Source of the DNA: Chrysomallon squamiferum
Taxonomy: Eukaryota; Animalia; Mollusca
Assembly: GCA_012295275.1 (NCBI GenBank)
Contig: CM022667.1
Coordinates: 15,624,001 to 15,688,000, forward strand
Length of the DNA stretch: 64,000 nucleotides
Direction of reading: 5' to 3'
The translations under genes and the position numbers were made by a program. The notes under the pieces were generated by a model, which was given only the letters and a program-made list of their open reading frames with translations, did not search any database and was not told where the DNA came from. The stretch's first letter is position 1. Each line of letters starts with the position of its first letter. Positions 1 through 13,154 of the stretch are shown here, piece by piece.

Positions 1-291
1 TATTTTATTTGTTTATTACATTCAAATCTAGCCAGTTGCTATTTATATAATTATTTATTTTCTATTCACTTATTATTTTGTGTTTATCATGAAAGGCTAG
101 CCTGGCCCATCCTATTTATGATTGAAGTACTTGTTTGGAGGCCGGATAGAGACTATAACATTGTAAAACTAAGTACTCTGAGATAATATAAAAATAGAAA
201 AAATAAAAAATAGAAAAAAAGTGTGAAAAAAAAGTGTCAGTTGAATTAAATTTATGTGTAAGTAAAAGAAGCTGTAAATAATAATAATAAT

Positions 292-330
<39 letters not shown>

Positions 331-1499
331 TATTGAATAAATAGACAGATTAACAAACTGGTTTGTCAATTTTTTTTATTTTTTTTGTTTCATCTTTATA
401 ATTAAACTATTTATACTGTCATCATCCCTACCACTGCTAAAACAATCACAACTGCTTCCACCATCAATAGTATCACCACCTTCTACCATTATTGCTGCAA
501 CTACTATTACTACTATTACTACTACCATCACAACCACCTATGCTACTATCATCACCGCTATTACCACTGCCACTGTTATTACTAGTATTACTACTTCCAC
601 CACCACAACAACTACCACTACCACAATTCCTACTAGTGCTATGACTATTTATCATTACCTTTACTATTTCAGTTACCACTACTACTGCCACAGTCACAAC
701 TACCATGACAACATGTAAAGTATATTTGTAAATAATAATGACATGCAGAAATTTACAGAACTAATAACTTTTCAGTTTATTTTACTCATTTCGTACACAG
801 AAAAAAAAATAATAGTGAAAATAATAATAATTTAAAAAAACATGTTTATAATCTAAATCTGTCTTAGATATATGTTATACTAATCAATTAGTCAGTTCTA
901 ATTTCAGTATTTAAATTTCAATGATTGATCAGTCAGTTCATTCAAATAATGATTTTTGTTATGCTTTATACAGTCAGCCAGACATTCATATTTTATCCAG
1001 TATTGTTCTCTTCTTTTAATTTTTTTCAGTTGTTTTCAAATATTTATTGAAATAAATAGCAGTATGGTTCTTGATTATCAAGTATTACCACTTTAAAAGG
1101 AAAAATAGGTAACTAAAATTATCACAGTAATATAAAACTATATTGTTAAATCTGAAATATTCTTTCACTTTTTATGAAAGTGCATCTTTCTTCTCTCACT
1201 CTCTCCATTTGTCTGTCTCTTTCTGTCAGCACATCTGTCTACCTGCCACTCTGTCTGTCTATCTGTCTATTGTATTTCATTGTCTGCCTATCTATATTTG
1301 CTTAACCTTATTTTAAAAAAATATATATATTAAAAAAATACACATACATGTCAGTTAACTATCTGTATGGTCAAAGGGGAGATAATTAGAAAATCTAGGG
1401 ACATATGTATTTGACAGTGCTTTTTATTTTTGTTTTTTTAAAATAAAACTAAAATTTTCTTTTACTATATAACACATAGACACACACATTTTTGCTGAA

Positions 1500-1840
1500 T
1501 AATAATTAAAAAAAAATAGTTTATCAAGTTTTGTAATTATTGTTATGAATGTGACTTTTCCTATCATCATTAGTAAGCTTTCACTGTTACTGCTACTACT
1601 TTTTATTATTACCATTGCCATTACTACTACTATTCCTGCTTAAAATGACTGCTGCTATAACTATTACTATTAGTACTACTAATGCTCCTACAACTACGAC
1701 TGCTATGACTGCTGTAACTACTACTGATATTACTACTAATATTAATGTATCATTTTTGTTTTTATTTATTTATTTATTTATTTGCAGGTACACCACAACA
1801 CCACTGTTCTGTAAAAGAGATTTTAAACACTGCATGTAAT
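1500..1840 (+). repeat. Local direct duplication of intron plus the 5' part of a BtpA exon; the other copy is at about 3130-3411
   Basis: Near-identical intron text, and 1788-1840 is identical to 3359-3411 (gtacaccacaac...gcatgtaat) before diverging abruptly. Confidence 0.9.
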
Positions 1841-3358
1841 TTTTGCTGCATATATATATATACATCTTTGATTTAAATTATTTGCTAATAAAACTGAGAA
1901 ATTTCCGTACAAGTTTATTTTTAGATATAAATAAAAAGTTATATTATTAATTTTTAAAAAGGGAAAGAAAGAAAAAGAAATTAAATGCTGTTCATATATC
2001 CTTTCATAATTGGACTTTATTTCACAATCAAAGCAAAATGAAACAGGAATAATATTAATAACTATTATTTTATCAGTAGGCTATATTATGCATAACTTAA
2101 AAAAACCATAATAATAATTTTTACAACAACAATTGCAAAATGAAACAAACAACCACAAATTCTGAAACTGTATCATTAACTAAATACTTACAGTTCAAGA
2201 ATCAAATTAAAACTCCAAAAATCTGCTTTCATAAATTCCCTGAATGTTGACAACCACTAAACTATTTGCCACACACTTTCACTCTTGTGTCAATATCTCT
2301 AACAAGTACTGATATTATTTTTTGTTTTGTTTCAAGTTTAAGCTGTGCTGTCGAGTGGCAGGAGCAGTAATGGTGGGGGAGGGTGGGTGGGATGGTTACA
2401 ACAATTTACTAAGCTTACCAATTGACTGGTTTGAGTTAACAGTGTAAGCTGTGTTTTCAAAGTGTCAAGCATTAATCACCGGAGTAGAAAGAAGCTGTGA
2501 AGAGGTTAGGCAGAAAGAAGTGTTTGTCTTAATTGTTTTCACTGCTGGATGTCTGTGTGTCTGTGTGTATGTTTGGTGTATTTGTTGCAGCTATTTACAG
2601 TGCATTTTAAGTTCATATTTTGAACATAATTCTCTGGGAAGATCAGAGCTTACATATATAACTGGTATTGTAGACTTGTTCTCTGACAGAAAATTGTGAA
2701 AAACTACTGTTATATATAAACATATATATTGTTGATTATTTGTATTAAATCAAGTCATATGTATAATCAGAATGAAATTCATGTTCATCCTGTTACCCAG
2801 ACTGATATATATATTTTTTTGTTTTTTTTGTTTATTGAAACGGTGTCATACAGTTCTAATAATGATGTAATGGCATCCTTTGTGTTGTCTCTTTCTCTGT
2901 GTCCATTCATCCATCTCTTTGTTTATTCGTGAGTCTCTTCATATATTACTCAGCATGTTCCTTTTCACATGACACTTATCAATCCACCAGTCAGTCAGTT
3001 TGTTTGTTAATTGTAAACTTGGATTAAAAAAAAAAAATATATATATATATATTTTTTTATTATTATCATTAGAATTATTTATTTATTATTATTTATTTAT
3101 TTATTTAAACTGTTTTAAATGGGGAAAGAATAATAATAAAAAAAAATAGTTTATCTAGTTTTGTAATTATTGTTATGAATGCGACTTTTCCTAGCTTCCA
3201 CTGTTACTGCTGCTATAACTATTACTATTACTATTACTACTACTAATGCTCCTACAACTACTACGACTGCTATGACTGCTGTAATTACTACTGATATTAC
3301 TACTAATATTAATGTATCATTTTTGTTTTTATTTATTTATTTATTTATTTATTTGCAG

Positions 3359-3441
3359 GTACACCACAACACCACTGTTCTGTAAAAGAGATTTTAAACA
3401 CTGCATGTAATGAGGCAAAGATTTATAAAGATGCTGGTCTG
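3359..3441 (+). CDS. BtpA/SgcQ-family (F13E9.13-like) gene, first visible coding exon; the upstream exon(s) were not found in the window
   Basis: tttgcag acceptor and gtatgt donor, phase 1 to 0. Reads (G)TPQHHCSVKEILNTACNEAKIYKDAGL, matching the family PG(T/S)P...A..EA..Y..AG segment. Confidence 0.9.
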
Positions 3442-3955
3442 GTATGTTTACATTCATTTTCATTGATATGTCAGAATTTTTGTTGTGCTTTTTTATCAGT
3501 AAAGAAAAAAAAAATTGTTTGTTTTATTCTTATCTGTTAAGATATGTTATATTTTTTCTTTCCATTATTAATTTAAATAATAATAATAATAATAATAATA
3601 ATCATGATCATAATCATTAATAGTAATAGTAAATGTAATAATAATATTTATATTTATATATTTATTTGATTACCGGAAATCAAAACGATTATAAGATTTC
3701 TAGAGTAACCTCCCTTAACGTGTGATATTCATTAATAGGCCTGATCTTTTTAGGTTTTGTTCAAAGCTCAGTCTGATAGGAATATTTAAAAGGCAGAATG
3801 TTTATGCTAAATATTATTAATTCGCTTTTTTTTTTGTATTTTATTACTATTACCGAAAAGACAGTTTATAGGTGTTTTTTTTTATTTTTATTTTTCATTT
3901 TAAAATTTTCAAAAATTATATTTATTTATCTCTCTATCTGCTATTTTTTTTATAG

Positions 3956-4142
3956 GATGCTATCATGGTGGAGAACATGCATGATGTTCCTTACCTTCAC
4001 ACCACTGAAGTTGGACCAGAAATTACCTCCACAATGGCTGTTGTCTGTGCAGAAGTGAGAAAAGTGTTCTACCCTGGTCCAGTGGGAATCCAGGTTTTAG
4101 CTGGAGCTAATAAACAGGCTCTTGCTGTGGCAAAGGCAGCAG
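3956..4142 (+). CDS. BtpA/SgcQ-family gene, internal exon
   Basis: tttatag acceptor and gtttga donor, 187 nt, phase 0 to 1. Reads DAIMVENMHDVPY...GIQVLAGANKQALAVAKAA, containing the family (I/V)ENxxDxPY motif. Confidence 0.95.
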
Positions 4143-4425
4143 GTTTGATGTCCACAGAAGATATTCTTTTTAATTTTATATTTCAGTACAGATTACATGG
4201 GGTTAATTTTGATATGTGCAATTTGTTTTAGTTGTTGTTTTATATTTTTATTTATTTATTTTGAATTTATAGGCTTTCAGATATGCATAGGCTTGCAGAT
4301 ATGCACAAATACACACAAACATGTTTTACAGGCATACCTTCGTATTCTAACCATAGAGTCACAACTAGCTTATCAAAATGCTTGAGTCATGATATATGAC
4401 AATGTCCAAAGAAAATATCTTCTGG

Positions 4426-4460
<35 letters not shown>

Positions 4461-4628
4461 CTTGTTAGAATTTAGTTAATCTATAATGCCATTTCTAAAT
4501 CATAATTAATAACAAATAATCATTAATACATTCAGCCTACCTCACCCATGTGTGTTTTTGTGTGTGATTATGTGTGTGTGTTCATGTGTGATTATGTGTG
4601 TATTTGTGTGTGTGATTATGTGTGTGTA

Positions 4629-4661
<33 letters not shown>

Positions 4662-4758
4662 AGTTGGTCAGAACACTGATGCCAAACCCATGTACGTAGA
4701 CTGTATAAAACAAAGTCACACGGTATTAAACTAATATTTATTTATTTATTTATTTCAG

Positions 4759-4909
4759 ATTTACAGTTTGTTCGAGCTGAAGGTTTTGTGTTTTCTCATG
4801 TCGCTGATGAAGGTTTGATGAATGCATGTGCTGGGGAGCTGTTGAGATACCGGAAACAGATAGATGCTGACAACATTCTTGTTTTCACTGATGTGAAGAA
4901 AAAACACAG
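4759..4909 (+). CDS. BtpA/SgcQ-family gene, internal exon
   Basis: tttcag acceptor and gt donor, 151 nt, phase 1 to 2. Reads DLQFVRAEGFVFSHVADEGLMNACAGELLRYRKQIDADNILVFTDVKKKH, with FxR, DEG and DVxxKH motifs. Confidence 0.95.
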
Positions 4910-4919
4910 GTTTTTGTGA

Positions 4920-4929
4920 TCATAATAAC

Positions 4930-4980
<51 letters not shown>

Positions 4981-5143
4981 CATGATGATAATAGTAATAA
5001 TAATAATCATCATAATAATAATAATTATAATTATAATAATAATAATAATAATGTTAATAATCATGACAATAATAGTAATAATAATAACAGTAAGAATAAT
5101 AATTATAACAATAAAAGTAGTAATAGTGGTAGTAGAACAATAA
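4920..5143. repeat. (AAT)n imperfect microsatellite in a BtpA intron
   Basis: Long ataataata run giving a poly-Ile pseudo-ORF. Confidence 0.95.
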
Positions 5144-5382
5144 TAAAATATTATTTTATAAATCAGTTATAATCATGAACATATACTCAACAGACATATG
5201 TACAGTCATGGACACACACACACACACACACAAACATGCATACATACCAGTACATTCACACACAAACAAAATACATACACAAACAAAAATAAATACACTT
5301 CAATTTTGTACAAGCAGTTTTTAATTTCATAAGATCCTGTCACTTATGTAGCTACTGTTTAATATTAAAAGTGATTTTTCAG

Positions 5383-5510
5383 TGCACATTTGATAACACA
5401 AGACGTGAACATTTCTGATACAGCAAAAGCTGCAGAGATGTTTCTCAGTGACGGAGTTATCCTCACAGGTGGCGCCACTGGAGAACCAGCCAACACTGAC
5501 GAGCTCAAAA
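5383..5510 (+). CDS. BtpA/SgcQ-family gene, internal exon
   Basis: ttttcag acceptor and gtaaat donor, 128 nt, phase 2 to 1. Reads SAHLITQDVNISDTAKAAEMFLSDGVILTGGATGEPANTDELK, with the DGxIxTGxxTG motif. Confidence 0.95.
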
Positions 5511-5996
5511 GTAAATTATGTCATTTTTTGATGTTATGTTGAGATATATTTGATAAAAAAAATAAAATAAAAAATAACAACACCAAAAATATAATAATAA
5601 TAATAATAATAATAATAAAATAGAGTTTATAATAATTAAATAATACTGTTATTGAATTCAGTTAATTTAACAAATCTTGCACTTATTAAGTTTCTAAATT
5701 GGTGGAATCAGTGGAAAAGGATAATCCAATAATCCATTTTAAAAGATATTCTTAACACTGCTTGTTGAACTGAAAAGTTTATGGATGCTGATAAACATTC
5801 TTTCTCTGAATTTGTTTGCATTACATTACATCATCAGTCTTTCTATATCTCTCTATCTCTTTTACCTGCATTATTTTTCTCGCTGTCATTAAATATTAAA
5901 TTTTTCAGTTATTATTAAACACGTATAATATTTCGAAACGTAAAAAAGCTATTTTTGTAATTAACATGTATTAATATTTTCACCCCCACCACTCAG

Positions 5997-6218
5997 GTGT
6001 TTTGAACAGTGTAGGAATCCCTGTCCTGATAGGATCGGGAGTCAGCACCGCCAACGTCGTACAGTACAAGAATGCGCACGCCCTCATTGTTGGCTCGCAC
6101 TTCAAAAAGGACGGGAAGTGGTACAACAACATCGACGAAAGAGCGAGTGTCTCGGTTCATGGAACAAGTGAAAAATGTCAGAGCTAATAAAGTCACAGAA
6201 TCTACAATGATCATTTGA
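5997..6218 (+). CDS. BtpA/SgcQ-family gene, terminal coding exon; stop at 6187 as written, or at 6218 if one A at 6138-6140 is removed
   Basis: actcag acceptor, phase 1. Reads SVLNSVGIPVLIGSGVSTANVVQYKNAHALIVGSHFKKDGKWYNNIDE, with PVLIGSG and IVGSxFK motifs. The family-like ERVSRFMEQV ending lies in the +1 frame. Confidence 0.88.
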
Positions 6219-6703
6219 AAAAACAACAATTCAAAAGTGATTTCATTACTTCATGTCACTTCAAAAATTCCACACAGGGAAAATTTAATATTTTTTTTTT
6301 TTTTTTTAGGATTCCACATGGAGAATTTAATACTTAAGGCCATCCTAAATATTTCATGTCTAAAACTTATTACTTTATGTTTTTTTAAAATTCCATGTGG
6401 AGAATTTAATACTTCATATCTTTTAAAAAATTCACGAGAGCATTACTTATTTTGATGTCATGTTTCCAGAGGCAGATAGAAGAATTCTTCCATGTGAGAT
6501 ATTAGTTATTGTAGGATGAGGAAACTTAGCAAACTACCTCCATATCCTGATGGATTTGCTTCTTTATGTATTCCTCCTAATTTAGTGCTAGAAATGCTTT
6601 TTATATACTGTTAATGATATATTCTTTTTTGTTATCATTACATTATACCTCCACCTATTGTTATTATTTGTTTTTAGTAACAGTTTATGAAAGAAGCATG
6701 TTG

Positions 6704-6744
<41 letters not shown>

Positions 6745-9682
6745 AACACACAAATACACATAAACACACATGTTTATACATGAAGGTGTTAATCATGTTT
6801 CATATCTGAATTTTCATTTATAATCAGTTTTAAACTGTTTATAATATTATATTTCAGGAATTTTCTTTCATTCAAAATTTTTGCAATCACTTATATACCG
6901 CCATGTTTTTAAATTTATACAAAATTGTTACCTATTTTCACACATTTATCACATTTTGATAATAAAAATATACTAGCTATTCAAATTGTATTATTTATGT
7001 ATGTGTGCATGTGGTCATGTATGCAGCCAAGAATGAATGTTATGTACTTTCATATTAAAATGCTAACATAATGTTCATATTCATTTATAGTATTAACAAT
7101 TTATCCCAGCATTTTTCAGCGAGTAATATGTTAGTTTCAATAGGTTTGTTATACAAGGGAGATAACTCTTTGAAGCTTCCTTTCACATTCAGTTTTAGAA
7201 TTGTACAAAAAAAAAAAAAATTAATAATAATAATAAAAAATAATGATAATAACAACAAAACAGACATGTGCACACAACAGTAATTGAGGAATTTCTCCAT
7301 AGCACTTGACACTATCTTACATAAATACACTTAACAGATAAAACATTATGTTTGAACATAATTAAATATGGAGTTTTTCCAATATACATAAAAGATACTT
7401 TAAATATAAAAAATTTTGAGTCATATACAAACATATTGTAACATTTTCAGATCAATTTTATATAAATTAAATTTTAAATATTTTATCTAGCTCCAGCAAA
7501 AAAAATAATTATTAATATATACCAGAACTTTGTTTCATGTCCATTCATAGACCTTAGATTTGTATATTTTTGTTAACATTTATCGTTCTTTTAAATATTT
7601 AATTATCAATGCTTACAAATTCTTCGAATAATGCTTTACATACTTTTAAATTGGTTTTTATTATAAAGATCTCAAGAGAAGAGGTTTAATGAGCTATCTG
7701 AAATAAACAAATGATGCCTAATATATGTGCTTTGATTTCTTGATCATCTTCAGTTATACTGGAGCACTGACTAGAACAGGAAATATCCCAACAAAACCAC
7801 TGAAGAGGGTTTATGATGTGACATTATAAGGTCTTAAAATCATATTCTACTAAATTTAATTATTCTCTCTCTGTGTATATGTGGTTATATATCAATGTGT
7901 ATGTGTTTGTATATACATTTTTCAAATATTATATATTCAAATATATAATATTAGGAAAATTTAAGTTTCCACAGTCAAATTCAAAATTACTGTACCATAA
8001 TAATGATTAATACAAGTAAGTAAATAAACAACAAAAACAAACAATATATGTAACATCTTTAATGTAATTTGTTTTAAGCCATCAAAGTATCAGGCAACAT
8101 ACATTCAAACTGCAAATAATTAACATAATTTATGCATAGACCTTGAAGGTCATTGGTTGAAACACTTGGTTTATTTTTAAATGATTATTATGACAACAAA
8201 AATAATAAACAGCAGATTTGCTTTCATTTTTAACTGGTCACTGACCTATGTACTAACTATCAAAGAAAAATGGTTGAAAATAAACACAGGCTTAAACAAC
8301 AACAAAAAAAAGGAAATAGAAAAGAAAGACAAATGAATTTGAAATGTTTTATAACCTAGAAAATTAAAAATTTTAATTAAAAGAATAAGAACATATATAC
8401 ATGAAGAATGTATCTAATAATGGCACACATGCAAAGTTATCCATCATAAGAGGAATTTAATATAAATTTAAAAAAACTGAATGATTAATGATGAAATAAA
8501 CTAAATTTAAGTTCTTTTAACTCTGTTATACCAAAAAAAAAAAAAAAAGAGAAAAGTGTGAAATGAAAACAATTTTGTTATTGCACATGAATCTGAATAA
8601 ATCAGCAACAATATTATTCATGATACAAAAATAAAAAAAGAAAGGAAAATAAAAAAGAAAGATAATGTAAAAAAAAACCAATGAAAGATGAATGAACAGA
8701 ACTCTCAGGAACATTATTTAAACAGTGTAACATAAATTAACAAAATGGGGTTAAAACTTGAACTCTTTTTAATTAAAGTCCAATTAAATTGGAACTTGCA
8801 CATCAAGCTCGACGTACAGACCAGAGTTTGTCTTCCACCCATCTAGAGTTATCTCCCTGTAATAACTAATGAATAGTGACAATTATTTTTTATTATTATT
8901 TTAATGTAATATTGATTGTACATTAAAAAAAAAATATATATATTAACTGCTATTGTAATGAATGACATAAGCAAAATGTACATAATCTAAAAACATAAAA
9001 TATGTAAGAAAGAAATAAAAAATGAGTTGTTAACCATGCTACTGACTGCAGTTATTAAAACAATTAAAAAACAAAAAACAAAAAAAAAAAAAAAAAAAAA
9101 AATTTTTGTAAAGAAAAGAAACAAGAAAAAAAAATATTGTGCAAATCTTACAATAAAAATTACCCCTAAAAAAACAACCTCCATAACAAAGCATTAATAT
9201 TTAATTAAAATAAGCATTATATATATATATACAATTTGTCTTTGAATAAAGTAATGATAAAATTCCTGCACCAAATTATTTATTAGTGATGGAAAAAAAA
9301 AAAAAAAAAAAAAAAAAAACCCATCCATACATCCCTACTTTTATTTTTATTAAGCTGATAATCAATTACGTTTGTAGTATTAGATACAAGTAAACATTTA
9401 AATCTGAATATAAGAAAGAAAAAGAAACCTACACTTCTTTTTAGTGCCCCATGTATGGATTATGTCTGAAGCTATGAAGACATGCAGATGCATATACACA
9501 TATATCAAATATTTGTTGTTTATGTGTGTGCATTTCTGGATTTAAAAGAATATATTGAAGTACGTGATTACACTTGATGTATGAATCAAAGTTCAATACA
9601 TGTGCACATAATTTTATTAATTATAGAACCATTTTCTAAAATCCTGAACCCACTCAATAATTATTTACATTTGAATCTGTAT

Positions 9683-9738
<56 letters not shown>

Positions 9739-9773
9739 TACTATATTTACTTTTATCTTAAAACCACAAGTTT

Positions 9774-9818
<45 letters not shown>

Positions 9819-11067
9819 AAGGAGTAAAATAAAGTAAAAAAGAAGCTAAAAATAACAAAAATGGCACTGAAATCCTTTTACCTCATTAGAGAAAAAAAAA
9901 AGAAAATAAAAGAACAACCAAAAGAATTATATTACAAATATTTGGAATGTAAAAACAATTATCTCCCTTCAGTGCCACCCACTTTACTATTATCCATTCA
10001 AGTAGGCAGAACTCTGAAGTGGATTACAAACACTATTACATGTTCAGTGAGCAAAAAAAAGCATCATTTACGAAACACACAAAATTCGGTTGCTTGTCCA
10101 AATCCAGGAAGAGTACATATTTTTGTATGTACTTTGTACATATACAACAGAAAAATTACATATATAATAAAAATCAAATAAGTTATGTCCTTAAAGATAT
10201 AAAATTTGCTATGAATATTAATGTATGTATAAAGGTACACTGAACTAAAATAAATGTGGATCATGAAAGATTTTTCAAATGTTACATACATTTGGTTTAA
10301 ATTGCTGTTTATATTTCTTATAAACAGAAATTAAAATTTATTTTGTGGATGACATTTATTGCTAGTCATCAAGTTTTCCTCTGTGGTATCAACCAGCTAT
10401 TGTAAAGAAGTACAAAATTCAAAATAATTGGAACAAATATTCCATGATCCCTGCATTTGTTTTAATTCTGTAAAGTCATCTAAATCTAAATCTCTCGTAT
10501 TATTCAGTTTTGAGTTTATGTAAAAGTTCTGTGAGAGTGCCAACCTAAGTAAAGTTTGCACTTCTAAGCAAAGTGACAAAAACAAGAAATTTTTGTACGT
10601 AATTTTCATCAATTTCACATTTTTTATTTATTTATATTTGAAAATAATATGTTTCAAAAAGTTTTTGACAAGAAATAGTAAAGAGGAAAAATAATATAAA
10701 GCCAGTTTTCAAAAAATTACAATTCTTTTATAAATTTGAATACTACAGTTTTATTAAAGATGACATTAAAGGCATTTCTGTCTCTTTTTCACAGGTATAA
10801 AAAAAAATCCAACATATTTTTTACCTGCATTTACATAATATGGTTAAATCTAATAAAATGTGAATAAAAAATTTCAGAACTCTTTTTCAAAAATATTTTT
10901 TCACTTGTTCAATCAAATGTAAATGTTTACAAAAAGAAAAAAAATACCAATAAACAAACATTTTCTTGGCTCATGAATATTTGTTTCACTATCTTTTTTT
11001 AGCAAATGATTCAACTTCAGGGTTTGAAATTAAAAGAAGTTGCTATCTCAATGTCAGTTTTACTGAG

Positions 11068-11182
<115 letters not shown>

Positions 11183-11298
11183 ACAAGAAAGTAATACAGT
11201 TTTAAATTAGATCTTAAAATTCCAGACTGTTTAATGAAACAAAATAGAAATATTAATTAAAACTTTATGTAATTTCAAACCCTGGAACTCTCGTCTAA

Positions 11299-12125
11299 TC
11301 AACATGCTGGAGATTCAATATGGCCGTTCATTGTCAAAGAAGGCTGAGGTGTGTTTTCAACATCACATGGAGAACAATCTGCAGACTTAGAAACATCATT
11401 GTCTGCTGCCAAGCTATTATCCACTGCCAAATTATTACTTACTCCCACACTATTATCCATTGCCAAATTATCAGCAACTACCAAATTATTATCTGCTTCA
11501 GAAATATCCACCAGTTTGTCATATTCGTGAGTGTCACTGTCAGTAATGGGATGAATTAACTTTTCGTAATTTGAGCAATCGAGTGTTTGTCGTTTCTGCA
11601 AATCCTCGCCCAGTATTACCGAATCGTCACTTTGTAAAACCAGCTCCTGCTGCAGAACGACCTCATTCTGCAAACCTTTCTCCTGATTCTGCTGCAGTGA
11701 TGTTGACCCTGCACCTACTGCATCTGCAGTTAAACAGTTGTAATACAAACTGTCAAAGCTCTCTTCAATAACAGCTGAACACTGAACACTGTTCTCGGAT
11801 TCAAGAATTTTCGCAGTTCCACTTAGCACCTCGTGAATATCTTTACTACTAGATTTTTGAATATTTTCCCTAACAACATCGGCGTTATTGTCGTAAATTA
11901 AAGGTGGAGCTGTGGCCTTTTCAAATGAATCTCCTTCTTGCTGTTGCTGTGCAAGTTTTTCCTTGTTGTTGAAAAGGTCAGTGTATCTAGGAGGGTCGTC
12001 TTCGTACTGCTTGCTCATAGCCTTGCAGTCTCGAATCTCTTCGTATTCGGATTCCATTATTCTCGAACCTGCATCATCCACACAGACATTTCCTTCTCTC
12101 TCCATCTCACCTGCTTCGTCTATAT
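11299..12125 (-). CDS. EMI-like receptor, terminal coding exon (acidic cytoplasmic tail with Tyr motifs)
   Basis: ttttcag acceptor inside the 292-aa ORF 11299..12177, phase 1. It is the only long non-repetitive ORF in the window. The six exons sum to 1329 nt, or 442 aa plus stop. Confidence 0.88.
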
Positions 12126-12556
12126 CTGAAAATAAAAGTGAACAAATGAATATTTGCTTAAAGACATCATATGTCATGTTTTTACATTTTGTGTCATACT
12201 TATATATTCTAATACTGAAATAATTATTGTATGGAAATTGGATTTAAAAACATTTGAAAGCTGATATAGGAAAGGAAAAAATTGGCTGTTCTTATACAGT
12301 AGCCATAAAGATATTTCTTTATACAATCCTTCTCACAGACAGAAAGAATATTATAAACTGAGGACATGCTGGAATGTGAAATACCATTAGTGATAACATT
12401 TTTAAATCAATACTCTACTTGACATAATTTCACAAGCTTTCAGATAAAATGGCTTGTTTTGAAAATTACAAGTTCTATTTGTTTATTTATTTTACTGTTT
12501 AATTTAATGAAAACACATGATCAAACAATGTAACGGTTTTTATTTTCAGCTCTCAC

Positions 12557-12606
12557 CCTCGGCAGTTTCATATATATGATTTCTTTCCTCACAGATCATA
12601 GGACAT
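12557..12606 (-). CDS. EMI-like receptor, coding exon 5 (juxtamembrane)
   Basis: tttcag acceptor and gtgaga donor, 50 nt, phase 2 to 1, exactly bridging the phases of exons 4 and 6. Reads (R)CPMICEERNHIYETAE. Confidence 0.8.
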
Positions 12607-13057
12607 CTGAAATGGAAACAAGACTAAAATTACTGATGGACTAATTTTCTGTTATCTACTGTTACAAACGTTAGTCTGCTTTGTATCATGGCCTGCTTAA
12701 AATATCATTTCCTAATGTATTCTCGGATGTCATTATGCCTGCCATTAAACATAGACATATATAGCACTGTCTTGTTCACTAGTCATACAGCGATGGTTAG
12801 ATATTGTCCAGTGTGCAAATCAAAGATCATTAGTCTGATTACACCTGAAGCTGTCACTTTACTGAAGGGCAGCAATCTGACCAATACATTTTGATTTACA
12901 AATTAAAAGATACAAGTCAAACTGAATGGTTTTTCTTTTATATGTTATTATATAAACAGTTCTGATTTCAGTGGGTATGGAGAATTATACACACAGGCAG
13001 ACAGAATGACAAACACACACACATACATATTCATGGTTTATGATTCTTGGACATTTT

Positions 13058-13097
<40 letters not shown>

Positions 13098-13120
13098 TAC
13101 ATACATACGTAAGTGAACGT

Positions 13121-13154
<34 letters not shown>

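Noticed and set aside
2451-2699. 82-aa ORF as the missing BtpA first exon
   Set aside because: It lacks the family's IGMxH..LPG motif and runs into GT-rich low-complexity sequence.
9943-9960. tggaatgtaaa resembling the start of miR-1
   Set aside because: The match stops after about 11 nt and no precursor hairpin is visible.
12126-12177. ATG at 12177 as the start of a single-exon 292-aa gene
   Set aside because: The first 17 codons are intron sequence ending in ttttcag, and upstream exons join in phase at 12125.
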